Below, piece by piece: positions 35,601-50,600 of a stretch of DNA of 64,000 nucleotides. Both the position numbers and the translations under genes were made by a program. Source of the DNA: Euprymna scolopes (taxonomy: Eukaryota); assembly GCA_053919585.1 (NCBI GenBank), contig CM132787.1. One strand, given 5' to 3'. Position 1 is the first letter of the stretch. Every line of letters starts with the position of its first letter. Under the pieces are notes generated by a model. The model made no database searches and was not told the origin of the DNA. It saw nothing but the letters and a program-made list of their open reading frames with translations.

Positions 35601-38600
35601 CCTAGAAACACCCCCACAACACGGAGAAATCAAGACTCTCCTAGAAACACCCCAACAACACGGAGAAATCAAGACTCTCCTAGAAACGTCCCCACAACAC
35701 GGAGAAATCAAGACTCTCCTAGAAACGTCCCCACAACACGGAGAAATCAATACTCTCCTAGAAACACCCCAACAACACGGAGAAATCAAGACTCTCCTAG
35801 AAACGTCCCCACAACACGGAGAAATCAATACTCTCCTAGAAACGTCCCCACAACACGGAGAAATCAAGACTCCCCTAGAAACACCACTACAACACGGAGA
35901 AATCAATACTCTCCTAGAAACGTCCCCACAACACGGAGAAATCAAGACTCCCCTAGAAACACCACTACAACACGGAGAAATCAATACTCTCCTAGAAACA
36001 CCCCGACAACACGGAGAAATCAAGACTCTCCTAGAAACGTCCCCACAACACGGAGAAATCAATACTCTCCTAGAAACGTCCCCACAACACGGAGAAATCA
36101 AGACTCCCCTAGAAACACCACTACAACACGGAGAAATCAATACTCTCCTAGAAACGTCCCCACAACACGGAGAAATCAATACTCTCCTAGAAACACCCCC
36201 ACAACACGGAGAAATCAAGACTCTCCTAGAAACGTCCCCACAACACGGAGAAATCAAGACTCTCCTAGAAACACCCCCACAACACGGAGAAATCAAGACT
36301 CTCCTAGAAACGTCCCCACAACACGGAGAAATCAATACTCTCCTAGAAACACCCCCACAACACGGAGAAATCAAGACTCTCCTAGAAACGTCCCCACAAC
36401 ACGGAGAAATCAATACTCTCCTAGAAACACCCCCACAACACGGAGAAATCAAGACTCTCCTAGAAACGTCCCCACAACACGGAGAAATCAATACTCTCCT
36501 AGAAACACCCCCACAACACGGAGAAATCAAGACTCTCCTAGAAACGTCCCCACAACACGGAGAAATCAATACTCTCCTAGAAACGTCCCCACAACACGGA
36601 GAAATCAAGACTCCCCTAGAAACACCACTACAACACGGAGAAATCAATACTCTCCTAGAAACGTCCCCACAACACGGAGAAATCAAGACTCCCCTAGAAA
36701 CACCACTACAACACGGAGAAATCAATACTCTCCTAGAAACACCCCCACAACACGGAGAAATCAAGACTCTCCTAGAAACGTCCCCACAACACGGAGAAAT
36801 CAATACTCTCCTAGAGACGTCCCCACAACACGGAGAAATCAAGACTCCCCTAGAAACACCACTACAACACGGAGAAATCAATACTCTCCTAGAAACGTCC
36901 CCACAACACGGAGAAATCAAGACTCCCCTAGAAACACCACTACAACACGGAGAAATCAATACTCTCCTAGAAACACCCCCACAACACGGAGAAATCAAGA
37001 CTCTACTAGAAACGTCCCCACAACACGGAGAAATCAATACTCTCCTAGAAACGTCCCCACAACACGGAGAAATCAAGACTCCCCTAGAAACACCACTACA
37101 ACACGGAGAAATCAATACTCTCCTAGAAACGTCCCCACAACACGGAGAAATCAATACTCTCCTAGAAACACCCCCACAACACGGAGAAATCAAGACTCTC
37201 CTAGAAACGTCCCCACAACACGGAGAAATCAATACTCTCCTAGAAACACCCCCACAACACGGAGAAATCAAGACTCTCCTAGAAACGTCCCCACAACACG
37301 GAGAAATCAATACTCTCCTAGAAACACCCCTACAACACGGAGAAATCAATACTCTCCTAGAAACACCCCCACAACACGGAGAAATCAATACTCTCCTAGA
37401 AACACCCCCACAACACGGAGAAATCAAGACTCTCCTAGAAACGTCCCCACAACACGGAGAAATCAAGACTCTCCTAGAAACACCCCCACAACACGGAGAA
37501 ATCAAGACTCTCCTAGAAACACCCCCACAACACGGAGAAATCAATACTCTCCTAGAAACACCCCCACAACACGGAGAAATCAATACTCTCCTAGAAACAC
37601 CCCCACAACACGGAGAAATCAATACTCTCCTAGAAACACCCCCACAACACGGAGAAATCAAGACTCTCCTAGAAACAACCCCACAACACGGAGAAATCAA
37701 TACTCTCCTAGAAACACCCCCACAACACGGAGAAATCAATACTCTCCTAGAAACACCCCCACAACACGGAGAAATAAATACTCTCCTAGAAACACCCCCA
37801 CAACACGGAGAAATCAATACTCTCCTAGAAACACCCCCACAACACGGAGAAATCAAGACTCTCCTAGAAACACCCCCACAACACGGAGAAATCAAGACTC
37901 TCCTAGAAACACCCCCACAACACGGAGAAATCAATACTCTCCTAGAAACACCCCCACAACACGGAGAAATCAATACTCTCCTAGAAACACCCCCACAACA
38001 CGGAGAAATAAATACTCTCCTAGAAACACCCCCACAACACGGAGAAATCAATACTCTCCTAGAGACGTCCCCACAACACGGAGAAATCAAGACTCCCCTA
38101 GAAACACCACTACAACACGGAGAAATCAATACTCTCCTAGAAACGTCCCCACAACACGGAGAAATCAAGACTCTCCTAGAAACGTCCCCACAACACGGAG
38201 AAATCAATACTCTCCTAGAGACGTCCCCACAACACGGAGAAATCAAGACTCCCCTAGAAACACCACTACAACACGGAGAAATCAATACTCTCCTAGAAAC
38301 GTCCCCACAACACGGAGAAATCAAGACTCTCCTAGAAACGTCCCCACAACACGGAGAAATCAATACTCTCCTAGAGACGTCCCCACAACACGGAGAAATC
38401 AAGACTCCCCTAGAAACACCACTACAACACGGAGAAATCAATACTCTCCTAGAAACGTCCCCACAACACGGAGAAATCAAGACTCTCCTAGAAACGTCCC
38501 CACAACACGGAGAAATCAATACTCTCCTAGAGACGTCCCCACAACACGGAGAAATCAAGACTCCCCTAGAAACACCACTACAACACGGAGAAATCAATAC

Positions 38601-41600
38601 TCTCCTAGAAACGTCCCCACAACACGGAGAAATCAAGACTCTCCTAGAAACGTCCCCACAACACGGAGAAATCAATACTCTCCTAGAGACGTCCCCACAA
38701 CACGGAGAAATCAAGACTCCCCTAGAAACACCACTACAACACGGAGAAATCAATACTCTCCTAGAAACGTCCCCACAACACGGAGAAATCAAGACTCTCC
38801 TAGAAACGTCCCCACAACACGGAGAAATCAATACTCTCCTAGAGACGTCCCCACAACACGGAGAAATCAAGACTCCCCTAGAAACACCACTACAACACGG
38901 AGAAATCAATACTCTCCTAGAAACGTCCCCACAACACGGAGAAATCAAGACTCTCCTAGAAACGTCCCCACAACACGGAGAAATCAATACTCTCCTAGAG
39001 ACGTCCCCACAACACGGAGAAATCAAGACTCCCCTAGAAACACCACTACAACACGGAGAAATCAATACTCTCCTAGAAACGTCCCCACAACACGGAGAAA
39101 TCAAGACTCTCCTAGAAACGTCCCCACAACACGGAGAAATCAATACTCTCCTAGAGACGTCCCCACAACACGGAGAAATCAAGACTCCCCTAGAAACACC
39201 ACTACAACACGGAGAAATCAATACTCTCCTAGAAACGTCCCCACAACACGGAGAAATCAAGACTCTCCTAGAAACGTCCCCACAACACGGAGAAATCAAT
39301 ACTCTCCTAGAGACGTCCCCACAACACGGAGAAATCAAGACTCCCCTAGAAACACCACTACAACACGGAGAAATCAATACTCTCCTAGAAACGTCCCCAC
39401 AACACGGAGAAATCAAGACTCTCCTAGAAACGTCCCCACAACACGGAGAAATCAATACTCTCCTAGAGACGTCCCCACAACACGGAGAAATCAAGACTCC
39501 CCTAGAAACACCACTACAACACGGAGAAATCAATACTCTCCTAGAAACGTCCCCACAACACGGAGAAATCAAGACTCCCCTAGAAACACCACTACAACAC
39601 GGAGAAATCAATACTCTCCTAGAAACACCCCCACAACACGGAGAAATCAAGACTCTACTAGAAACGTCCCCACAACACGGAGAAATCAATACTCTCCTAG
39701 AAACGTCCCCACAACACGGAGAAATCAAGACTCCCCTAGAAACACCACTACAACACGGAGAAATCAATACTCTCCTAGAAACGTCCCCACAACACGGAGA
39801 AATCAATACTCTCCTAGAAACACCCCCACAACACGGAGAAATCAAGACTCTCCTAGAAACGTCCCCACAACACGGAGAAATCAATACTCTCCTAGAAACA
39901 CCCCCACAACACGGAGAAATCAAGACTCTCCTAGAAACGTCCCCACAACACGGAGAAATCAATACTCTCCTAGAAACACCCCTACAACACGGAGAAATCA
40001 ATACTCTCCTAGAAACACCCCCACAACACGGAGAAATCAATACTCTCCTAGAAACACCCCCACAACACGGAGAAATCAAGACTCTCCTAGAAACGTCCCC
40101 ACAACACGGAGAAATCAAGACTCTCCTAGAAACACCCCCACAACACGGAGAAATCAAGACTCTCCTAGAAACACCCCCACAACACGGAGAAATCAATACT
40201 CTCCTAGAAACACCCCCACAACACGGAGAAATCAATACTCTCCTAGAAACACCCCCACAACACGGAGAAATCAATACTCTCCTAGAAACACCCCCACAAC
40301 ACGGAGAAATCAAGACTCTCCTAGAAACAACCCCACAACACGGAGAAATCAATACTCTCCTAGAAACACCCCCACAACACGGAGAAATCAATACTCTCCT
40401 AGAAACACCCCCACAACACGGAGAAATAAATACTCTCCTAGAAACACCCCCACAACACGGAGAAATCAATACTCTCCTAGAAACACCCCCACAACACGGA
40501 GAAATCAAGACTCTCCTAGAAACACCCCCACAACACGGAGAAATCAAGACTCTCCTAGAAACACCCCCACAACACGGAGAAATCAATACTCTCCTAGAAA
40601 CACCCCCACAACACGGAGAAATCAATACTCTCCTAGAAACACCCCCACAACACGGAGAAATAAATACTCTCCTAGAAACACCCCCACAACACGGAGAAAT
40701 CAATACTCTCCTAGAAACACCCCCACAACACGGAGAAATCAATACTCTCCTAGAAACACCCCCACAACACGGAGAAATCAAGACTCTCCTAGAAACACCC
40801 CCACAACACGGAGAAATCAAGACTCTCCTAGAAACACCCCCACAACACGGAGAAATCAATACTCTCCTAGAAACACCCCCACAACACGGAGAAATCAAGA
40901 CTCTCCTAGAAACGTCCCCACAACACGGAGAAATCAATACTCTCCTAGAAACACCCCCACAACACGGAGAAATCAATACTCTCCTAGAAACACCCCCACA
41001 ACACGGAGAAATCAATACTCTCCTAGAAACACCCCCACAACACGGAGAAATAAATACTCTCCTAGAAACACCCCCACAACACGGAGAAATCAATACTCTC
41101 CTAGAAACACCCCCACAACACGGAGAAATCAAGACTCTCCTAGAAACACCCCCACAACACGGAGAAATCAAGACTCTCCTAGAAACACCCCCACAACACG
41201 GAGAAATCAATACTCTCCTAGAAACACCCCCACAACACGGAGAAATAAATACTCTCCTAGAAACACCCCCACAACACGGAGAAATCAATACTCTCCTAGA
41301 AACACCCCCACAACACGGAGAAATCAATACTCTCCTAGAAACACCCCCACAACACGGAGAAATCAATACTCTCCTAGAAACACCCCCACAACACGGAGAA
41401 ATCAATACTCTCCTAGAAACACCCCCACAACACGGAGAAATCAATACTCTCCTAGAAACACCCCCACAACACGGAGAAATCAATACTCTCCTAGAAACAC
41501 CCCCACAACACGGAGAAATCAATACTCTCCTAGAAACACCCCCACAACACGGAGAAATCAATACTCTCCTAGAAACGTCCCCACAACACGGAGAAATCAA

Positions 41601-44600
41601 TACTCTCCTAGAAACACCCCCACAACACGGAGAAATAAATACTCTCCTAGAAACACCCCCACAACACGGAGAAATCAAGACTCTCCTAGAAACGTCCCCA
41701 CAACACGGAGAAATCAATACTCTCCTAGAAACACCCCCACAACACGGAGAAATAAATACTCTCCTAGAAACACCCCCACAACACGGAGAAATCAAGACTC
41801 TCCTAGAAACACCCCCACAACACGGAGAAATCAATACTCTCCTAGAAACACCCCCACAACACGGAGAAATCAATACTCTCCTAGAAACACCCCCACAACA
41901 CGGAGAAATAAATACTCTCCTAGAAACACCCCCACAACACGGAGAAATCAATACTCTCCTAGAAACACCCCCACAACACGGAGAAATCAATACTCTCCTA
42001 GAAACACCCCCACAACACGGAGAAATCAAGACTCTCCTAGAAACACCCCCACAACACGGAGAAATCAAGACTCTCCTAGAAACACCCCCACAACACGGAG
42101 AAATCAATACTCTCCTAGAAACACCCCCACAACACGGAGAAATCAAGACTCTCCTAGAAACGTCCCCACAACACGGAGAAATCAATACTCTCCTAGAAAC
42201 ACCCCCACAACACGGAGAAATCAATACTCTCCTAGAAACACCCCCACAACACGGAGAAATCAATACTCTCCTAGAAACACCCCCACAACACGGAGAAATC
42301 AATACTCTCCTAGAAACACCCCCACAACACGGAGAAATCAATACTCTCCTAGAAACCCCCCACAACACGGAGAAATCAATACTCTCCTAGAAACACCCCC
42401 ACAACACGGAGAAATCAAGACTCTCCTAGAAACGTCCCCACAACACGGAGAAATCAAGACTCTCCTAGAAACACCCCCACAACACGGAGAAATCAAGACT
42501 CTCCTAGAAACACCCCCACAACACGGAGAAATCAATACTCTCCTAGAAACACCCCCACAACACGGAGAAATCAAGACTCTCCTAGAAACACCCCCACAAC
42601 ACGGAGAAATCAAGACTCTCCTAGAAACACCCCCACAACACGGAGAAATCAATACTCCCCTAGAAACACCCCCACAACACGGAGAAATCAAGACTCTCCT
42701 AGAAACACCCCCACAACACGGAGAAATCAAGACTCTCCTAGAAACGTCCCCACAACACGGAGAAATCAAGACTCTCCTAGAAACACCCCCACAACACGGA
42801 GAAATCAAGACTCTCCTAGAAACACCCCCACAACACGGAGAAATCAAGACTCTCCTAGAAACACCCCCACAACACGGAGAAATCAAGACTCTCCTAGAAA
42901 CACCCCCACAACACGGAGAAATCAAGACTCTCCTAGAAACGTCCCCACAACACGGAGAAATCAATACTCTCCTAGAAACACCCCCACAACACGGAGAAAT
43001 CAAGACTCTCCTAGAAACACCCCCACAACACGGAGAAATCAATACTCTCCTAGAAACACCCCCACAACACGGAGAAATCAAGACTCTCCTAGAAACGTCC
43101 CCACAACACGGAGAAATCAAGACTCTCCTAGAAACACCCCCACAACACGGAGAAATCAAGACTCTCCTAGAAACACCCCCACAACACGGAGAAATCAAGA
43201 CTCTCCTAGAAACACCCCCACAACACGGAGAAATCAATACTCTCCTAGAAACACCCCCACAACACGGAGAAATCAATACTCTCCTAGAAACACCCCCACA
43301 ACACGGAGAAATCAATACTCTCCTAGAAACACCCCCACAACACGGAGAAATCAATACTCTCCTAGAAACACCCCCACAACACGGAGAAATCAATACTCTC
43401 CTAGAAACACCCCCACAACACGGAGAAATCAAGACTCTCCTAGAAACACCCCCACAACACGGAGAAATCAATACTCTCCTAGAAACACCCCCACAACACG
43501 GAGAAATCAAGACTCTCCTAGAAACGTCCCCACAACACGGAGAAATCAATACTCTCCTAGAAACACCCCCACAACACGGAGAAATCAAGACTCTCCTAGA
43601 AACACCCCCACAACACGGAGAAATCAATACTCTCCTAGAAACACCCCCACAACACGGAGAAATAAATACTCTCCTAGAAACACCCCCACAACACGGAGAA
43701 ATCAATACTCTCCTAGAAACACCCCCACAACACGGAGAAATCAATACTCTCCTAGAAACACCCCCACAACACGGAGAAATAAATACTCTCCTAGAAACAC
43801 CCCCACAACACGGAGAAATCAATACTCTCCTAGAAACACCCCCACAACACGGAGAAATCAATACTCTCCTAGAAACACCCCCACAACACGGAGAAATCAA
43901 GACTCTCCTAGAAACACCCCCACAACACGGAGAAATCAAGACTCTCCTAGAAACACCCCCACAACACGGAGAAATCAATACTCTCCTAGAAACACCCCCA
44001 CAACACGGAGAAATCAAGACTCTCCTAGAAACGTCCCCACAACACGGAGAAATCAATACTCTCCTAGAAACACCCCCACAACACGGAGAAATCAATACTC
44101 TCCTAGAAACACCCCCACAACACGGAGAAATCAATACTCTCCTAGAAACACCCCCACAACACGGAGAAATCAATACTCTCCTAGAAACACCCCCACAACA
44201 CGGAGAAATCAATACTCTCCTAGAAACACCCCCACAACACGGAAAAATCAATACTCTCCTAGAAACACCCCCACAACACGGAGAAATCAATACTCTTCTA
44301 GAAACACCCCCACAACACGGAGAAATCAATACTCTCCTAGAAACACCCCCACAACACGGAGAAATCAAGACTCTCCTAGAAACACCCCCACAACACGGAG
44401 AAATCAATACTCTCCTAGAAACACCCCCACAACACGGAGAAATCAATACTCTCCTAGAAACACCCCCACAACACGGAAAAATCAATACTCTCCTAGAAAC
44501 ACCCCCACAACACGGAGAAATCAATACTCTCCTAGAAACACCCCCACAACACGGAGAAATCAAGACTCTCCTAGAAACACCCCCACAACACGGAGAAATC

Positions 44601-47600
44601 AAGACTCTCCTAGAAACACCCCCACAACACGGAGAAATCAAGACTCTCCTAGAAACACCCCCACAACACGGAGAAATCAAGACTCTCCTAGAAACGTCCC
44701 CACAACACGGAGAAATCAATACTCTCCTAGAAACACCCCCACAACACGGAGAAATCAATACTCTCCTAGAAACACCCCCACAACACGGAGAAATCAATAC
44801 TCTCCTAGAAACACCCCCACAACACGGAGAAATCAATACTCTCCTAGAAACACCCCCACAACACGGAGAAATCAATACTCTCCTAGAAACACCCCCACAA
44901 CACGGAAAAATCAATACTCTCCTAGAAACACCCCCACAACACGGAGAAATCAATACTCTTCTAGAAACACCCCCACAACACGGAGAAATCAATACTCTCC
45001 TAGAAACACCCCCACAACACGGAGAAATCAAGACTCTCCTAGAAACACCCCCACAACACGGAGAAATCAATACTCTCCTAGAAACACCCCCACAACACGG
45101 AGAAATCAATACTCTCCTAGAAACACCCCCACAACACGGAGAAATCAATACTCTCCTAGAAACTCCCCCACAACACGGAGAAATCAATACTCTCCTAGAA
45201 ACACCCCCACAACACGGAGAAATCAATACTCTCCTAGAAACACCCCCACAACACGGAGAAATCAATACTCTCCTAGAAACACCCCCACAACACGGAAAAA
45301 TCAATACTCTCCTAGAAACACCCCCACAACACGGAGAAATCAATACTCTTCTAGAAACACCCCCACAACACGGAGAAATCAATACTCTCCTAGAAACACC
45401 CCCACAACACGGAGAAATCAATACTCTCCTAGAAACACCCCCACAACACGGAGAAATCAATACTCTTCTAGAAACACCCCCACAACACGGAGAAATCAAT
45501 ACTCTCCTAGAAACACCCCCACAACACGGAGAAATCAATACTCTCCTAGAAACACCCCACAACACGGAGAAATCAATACTCTCCTAGAAACACCCCCACA
45601 ACACGGAAAAATCAAGACTCTCCTAGAAACACCCCCACAACACGGAGAAATCAATACTCTCCTAGAAACGTCCCCACAACACGGAGAAATCAATACTCTC
45701 CTAGAAACGTCCCCACAACACGGAGAAATCAAGACTCTCCTAGAAACGTCCCCACAACACGGAGAAATCAATACTCTCCTAGAAACACCCCCACAACACG
45801 GAGAAATCAATACTCTCCTAGAAACACCCCCACAACACGGAGAAATCAATACTCTCCTAGAAACACCCCCACAACACGGAGAAATCAATACTCTCCTAGA
45901 AACACCCCCACAACACGGAGAAATCAATACTCTCCTAGAAACACCCCCACAACACGGAGAAATCAATACTCTCCTAGAAACACCCCCACAACACGGAGAA
46001 ATCAATACTCTCCTAGAAACACCCCCACAACACGGAAAAATCAATACTCTCCTAGAAACACCCCCACAACACGGAGAAATCAATACTCTTCTAGAAACAC
46101 CCCCACAACACGGAGAAATCAATACTCTCCTAGAAACACCCCCACAACACGGAGAAATCAATACTCTCCTAGAAACGTCCCCACAACACGGAGAAATCAA
46201 TACTCTCCTAGAAACGTCCCCACAACACGGAGAAATCAATACTCTCCTAGAAACGTCCCCACAACACGGAGAAATCAAGACTCTCCTAGAAACGTCCCCA
46301 CAACACGGAGAAATCAATACTCTCCTAGAAACACCCCCACAACACGGAGAAATCAATACTCTCCTAGAAACACCCCCACAACACGGAGAAATCAATACTC
46401 TCCTAGAAACACCCCCACAACACGGAGAAATCAATACTCTCCTAGAAACACCCCCACAACACGGAGAAATCAATACTCTCCTAGAAACACCCCCACAACA
46501 CGGAGAAATCAATACTCTCCTAGAAACACCCCCACAACACGGAAAAATCAATACTCTCCTAGAAACACCCCCACAACACGGAGAAATCAATACTCTTCTA
46601 GAAACACCCCCACAACACGGAGAAATCAATACTCTCCTAGAAACACCCCCACAACACGGAGAAATCAAGACTCTCCTAGAAACACCCCCACAACACGGAG
46701 AAATCAATACTCTCCTAGAAACACCCCCACAACACGGAGAAATCAATACTCTCCTAGAAACACCCCCACAACACGGAGAAATCAATACTCTCCTAGAAAC
46801 ACCCCCACAACACGGAGAAATCAATACTCTCCTAGAAACACCCCCACAACACGGAGAAATCAATACTCTCCTAGAAACACCCCCACAACACGGAGAAATC
46901 AATACTCTCCTAGAAACACCCCCACAACACGGAAAAATCAATACTCTCCTAGAAACACCCCCACAACACGGAGAAATCAAGACTCTCCTAGAAACACCCC
47001 CACAACACGGAGAAATCAATACTCTCCTAGAAACACCCCCACAACACGGAGAAATCAAGACTCTCCTAGAAACGTCCCCACAACACGGAGAAATCAATAC
47101 TCTCCTAGAAACACCCCCACAACACGGAGAAATCAAGACTCTCCTAGAAACACCCCCACAACACGGAGAAATCAATACTCTCCTAGAAACACCCCCACAA
47201 CACGGAGAAATAAATACTCTCCTAGAAACACCCCCACAACACGGAGAAATCAATACTCTCCTAGAAACACCCCCACAACACGGAGAAATCAATACTCTCC
47301 TAGAAACACCCCCACAACACGGAGAAATCAATACTCTCCTAGAAACACCCCCACAACACGGAGAAATCAATACTCTCCTAGAAACACCCCCACAACACGG
47401 AGAAATCAAGACTCTCCTAGAAACGTCCCCACAACACGGAGAAATCAAGACTCCCCTAGAAACACCCCCACAACACGGAGAAATCAATACTCTCCTAGAA
47501 ACACCCCCACAACACGGAGAAATCAATACTCTCCTAGAAACGTCCCCACAACACGGAGAAATCAATACTCTCCTAGAAACACCCCCACAACACGGAGAAA

Positions 47601-50600
47601 TCAAGACTCTCCTAGAAACGTCCCCACAACACGGAGAAATCAAGACTCTCCTAGAAACACCCCCACAACACGGAGAAATCAAGACTCTCCTAGAAACACC
47701 CCCACAACACGGAGAAATCAAGACTCTCCTAGAAACACCCCCACAACACGGAGAAATCAATACTCTCCTAGAAACACCCCCACAACACGGAGAAATCAAT
47801 ACTCTCCTAGAAACACCCCCACAACACGGAGAAATCAATACTCTCCTAGAAACACCCCCACAACACGGAGAAATCAATACTCTCCTAGAAACACCCCCAC
47901 AACACGGAGAAATCAATACTCTCCTAGAAACACCCCCACAACACGGAGAAATCAAGACTCTCCTAGAAACACCCCCACAACACGGAGAAATCAATACTCT
48001 CCTAGAAACACCCCCACAACACGGAGAAATCAATACTCTCCTAGAAACACCCCCACAACACGGAGAAATCAAGACTCTCCTAGAAACACCCCCACAACAC
48101 GGAGAAATCAATACTCTCCTAGAAACACCCCCACAACACGGAGAAATCAATACTCTCCTAGAAACACCCCCACAACACGGAGAAATCAATACTCTCCTAG
48201 AAACACCCCCACAACACGGAGAAATCAAGACTCTCCTAGAAACACCCCCACAACACGGAGAAATCAATACTCTCCTAGAAACACCCCCACAACACGGAGA
48301 AATCAATACTCTCCTAGAAACACCCCCACAACACGGAGAAATCAAGACTCTCCTAGAAACACCCCCACAACACGGAGAAATCAATACTCTCCTAGAAACA
48401 CCCCCACAACACGGAGAAATCAATACTCTCCTAGAAACACCCCCACAACACGGAGAAATCAATACTCTCCTAGAAACACCCCCACAACACGGAGAAATCA
48501 AGACTCTCCTAGAAACACCCCCACAACACGGAGAAATCAATACTCTCCTAGAAACACCCCCACAACACGGAGAAATCAATACTCTCCTAGAAACACCCCC
48601 ACAACACGGAGAAATCAATACTCTCCTAGAAACACCCCCACAACACGGAGAAATCAATACTCTCCTAGAAACACCCCCACAACACGGAGAAATCAAGACT
48701 CTCCTAGAAACACCCCCACAACACGGAGAAATCAATACTCTCCTAGAAACACCCCCACAACACGGAGAAATCAAGACTCTCCTAGAAACACCCCCACAAC
48801 ACGGAGAAATCAAGACTCTCCTAGAAACACCCCCACAACACGGAGAAATCAATACTCTCCTAGAAACACCCCCACAACACGGAGAAATCAATACTCTCCT
48901 AGAAACACCCCCACAACACGGAGAAATCAAGACTCTCCTAGAAACACCCCCACAACACGGAGAAATCAATACTCTCCTAGAAACACCCCCACAACACGGA
49001 GAAATCAATACTCTCCTAGAAACACCCCCACAACACGGAGAAATCAATACTCTCCTAGAAACACCCCCACAACACGGAGAAATCAAGACTCTCCTAGAAA
49101 CACCCCCACAACACGGAGAAATCAAGACTCTCCTAGAAACACCCCCACAACACGGAGAAATCAATACTCTCCTAGAAACACCCCCACAACACGGAGAAAT
49201 CAATACTCTCCTAGAAACACCCCCACAACACGGAGAAATCAAGACTCTCCTAGAAACACCCCCACAACACGGAGAAATCAATACTCTCCTAGAAACACCC
49301 CCACAACACGGAGAAATCAATACTCTCCTAGAAACACCCCCACAACACGGAGAAATCAATACTCTCCTAGAAACACCCCCACAACACGGAGAAATCAATA
49401 CTCTCCTAGAAACGTCCCCACAACACGGAGAAATCAAGACTCTCCTAGAAACGTCCCCACAACACGGAGAAATCAAGACTCTCCTAGAAACACCCCCACA
49501 ACACGGAGAAATCAATACTCTCCTAGAAACACCCCCACAACACGGAGAAATCAATACTCTCCTAGAAACACCCCCACAACACGGAGAAATCAATACTCTC
49601 CTAGAAACACCCCCACAACACGGAGAAATCAATACTCTCCTAGAAACACCCCCACAACACGGAGAAATCAATACTCTCCTAGAAACACCCCCACAACACG
49701 GAGAAATCAAGACTCTCCTAGAAACACCCCCACAACACGGAGAAATCANNNNNNNNNNNNNNNNNNNNNNNNNNNNNNNNNNNNNNNNNNNNNNNNNNNN
49801 NNNNNNNNNNNNNNNNNNNNNNNNNNNNNNNNNNNNNNNNNNNNNNNNCTCTTCTAGAAACGTCCCCACAACACGGAGAAATCAATACTCCCCTAGAAAC
49901 GTCACCACAACACGGAGAAATCAAGACCCCCCTAGAAACACCACTACAACACGGTGAAATCAAGACTCCCCTAGAAACACCCCCACAACACGGAGAGATC
50001 AAGACTCCCCTAGAAACACCACTACAACACGGAGAAATCAATACTCTCCTAGAAACGTCCCCACAACACGGAGAAATCAAGACCCCCCTAGAAACACCAC
50101 TACAACACGGAGAAATCAATACTCTCCTAGAAACGTCCCCACAACACGGAGAAATCAAGACTCCCCTAGAAACACCACTACAACACGGTGAAATCAAGAC
50201 TCCCCTAGAAACACCCCCACAACACGGAGAGATCAAGACTCCCCTAGAAACACCACTACAACACGGAGAAATCAATACTCTCCTAGAAACGTCCCCACAA
50301 CACGGAGAAATCAAGACTCCCCTAGAAACACCACTACAACACGGTGAAATCAAGACTCCCCTAGAAACACCACTACAACACGGAGAAATCAATACTCTCC
50401 TAGAAACGTCCCCACAACACGGAGAAATCAAGACTCCCCTAGATACACCACTACAACACGGTGAAATCAAGACTCCCCTAGAAACACCCCCACAACACGG
50501 AGAGATCAAGACTCCCCTAGAAACACCACTACAACACGGAGAAATCAATACTCTCCTAGAAACGTCCCCACAACACGGAGAAATCAAGACTCCCCTAGAA

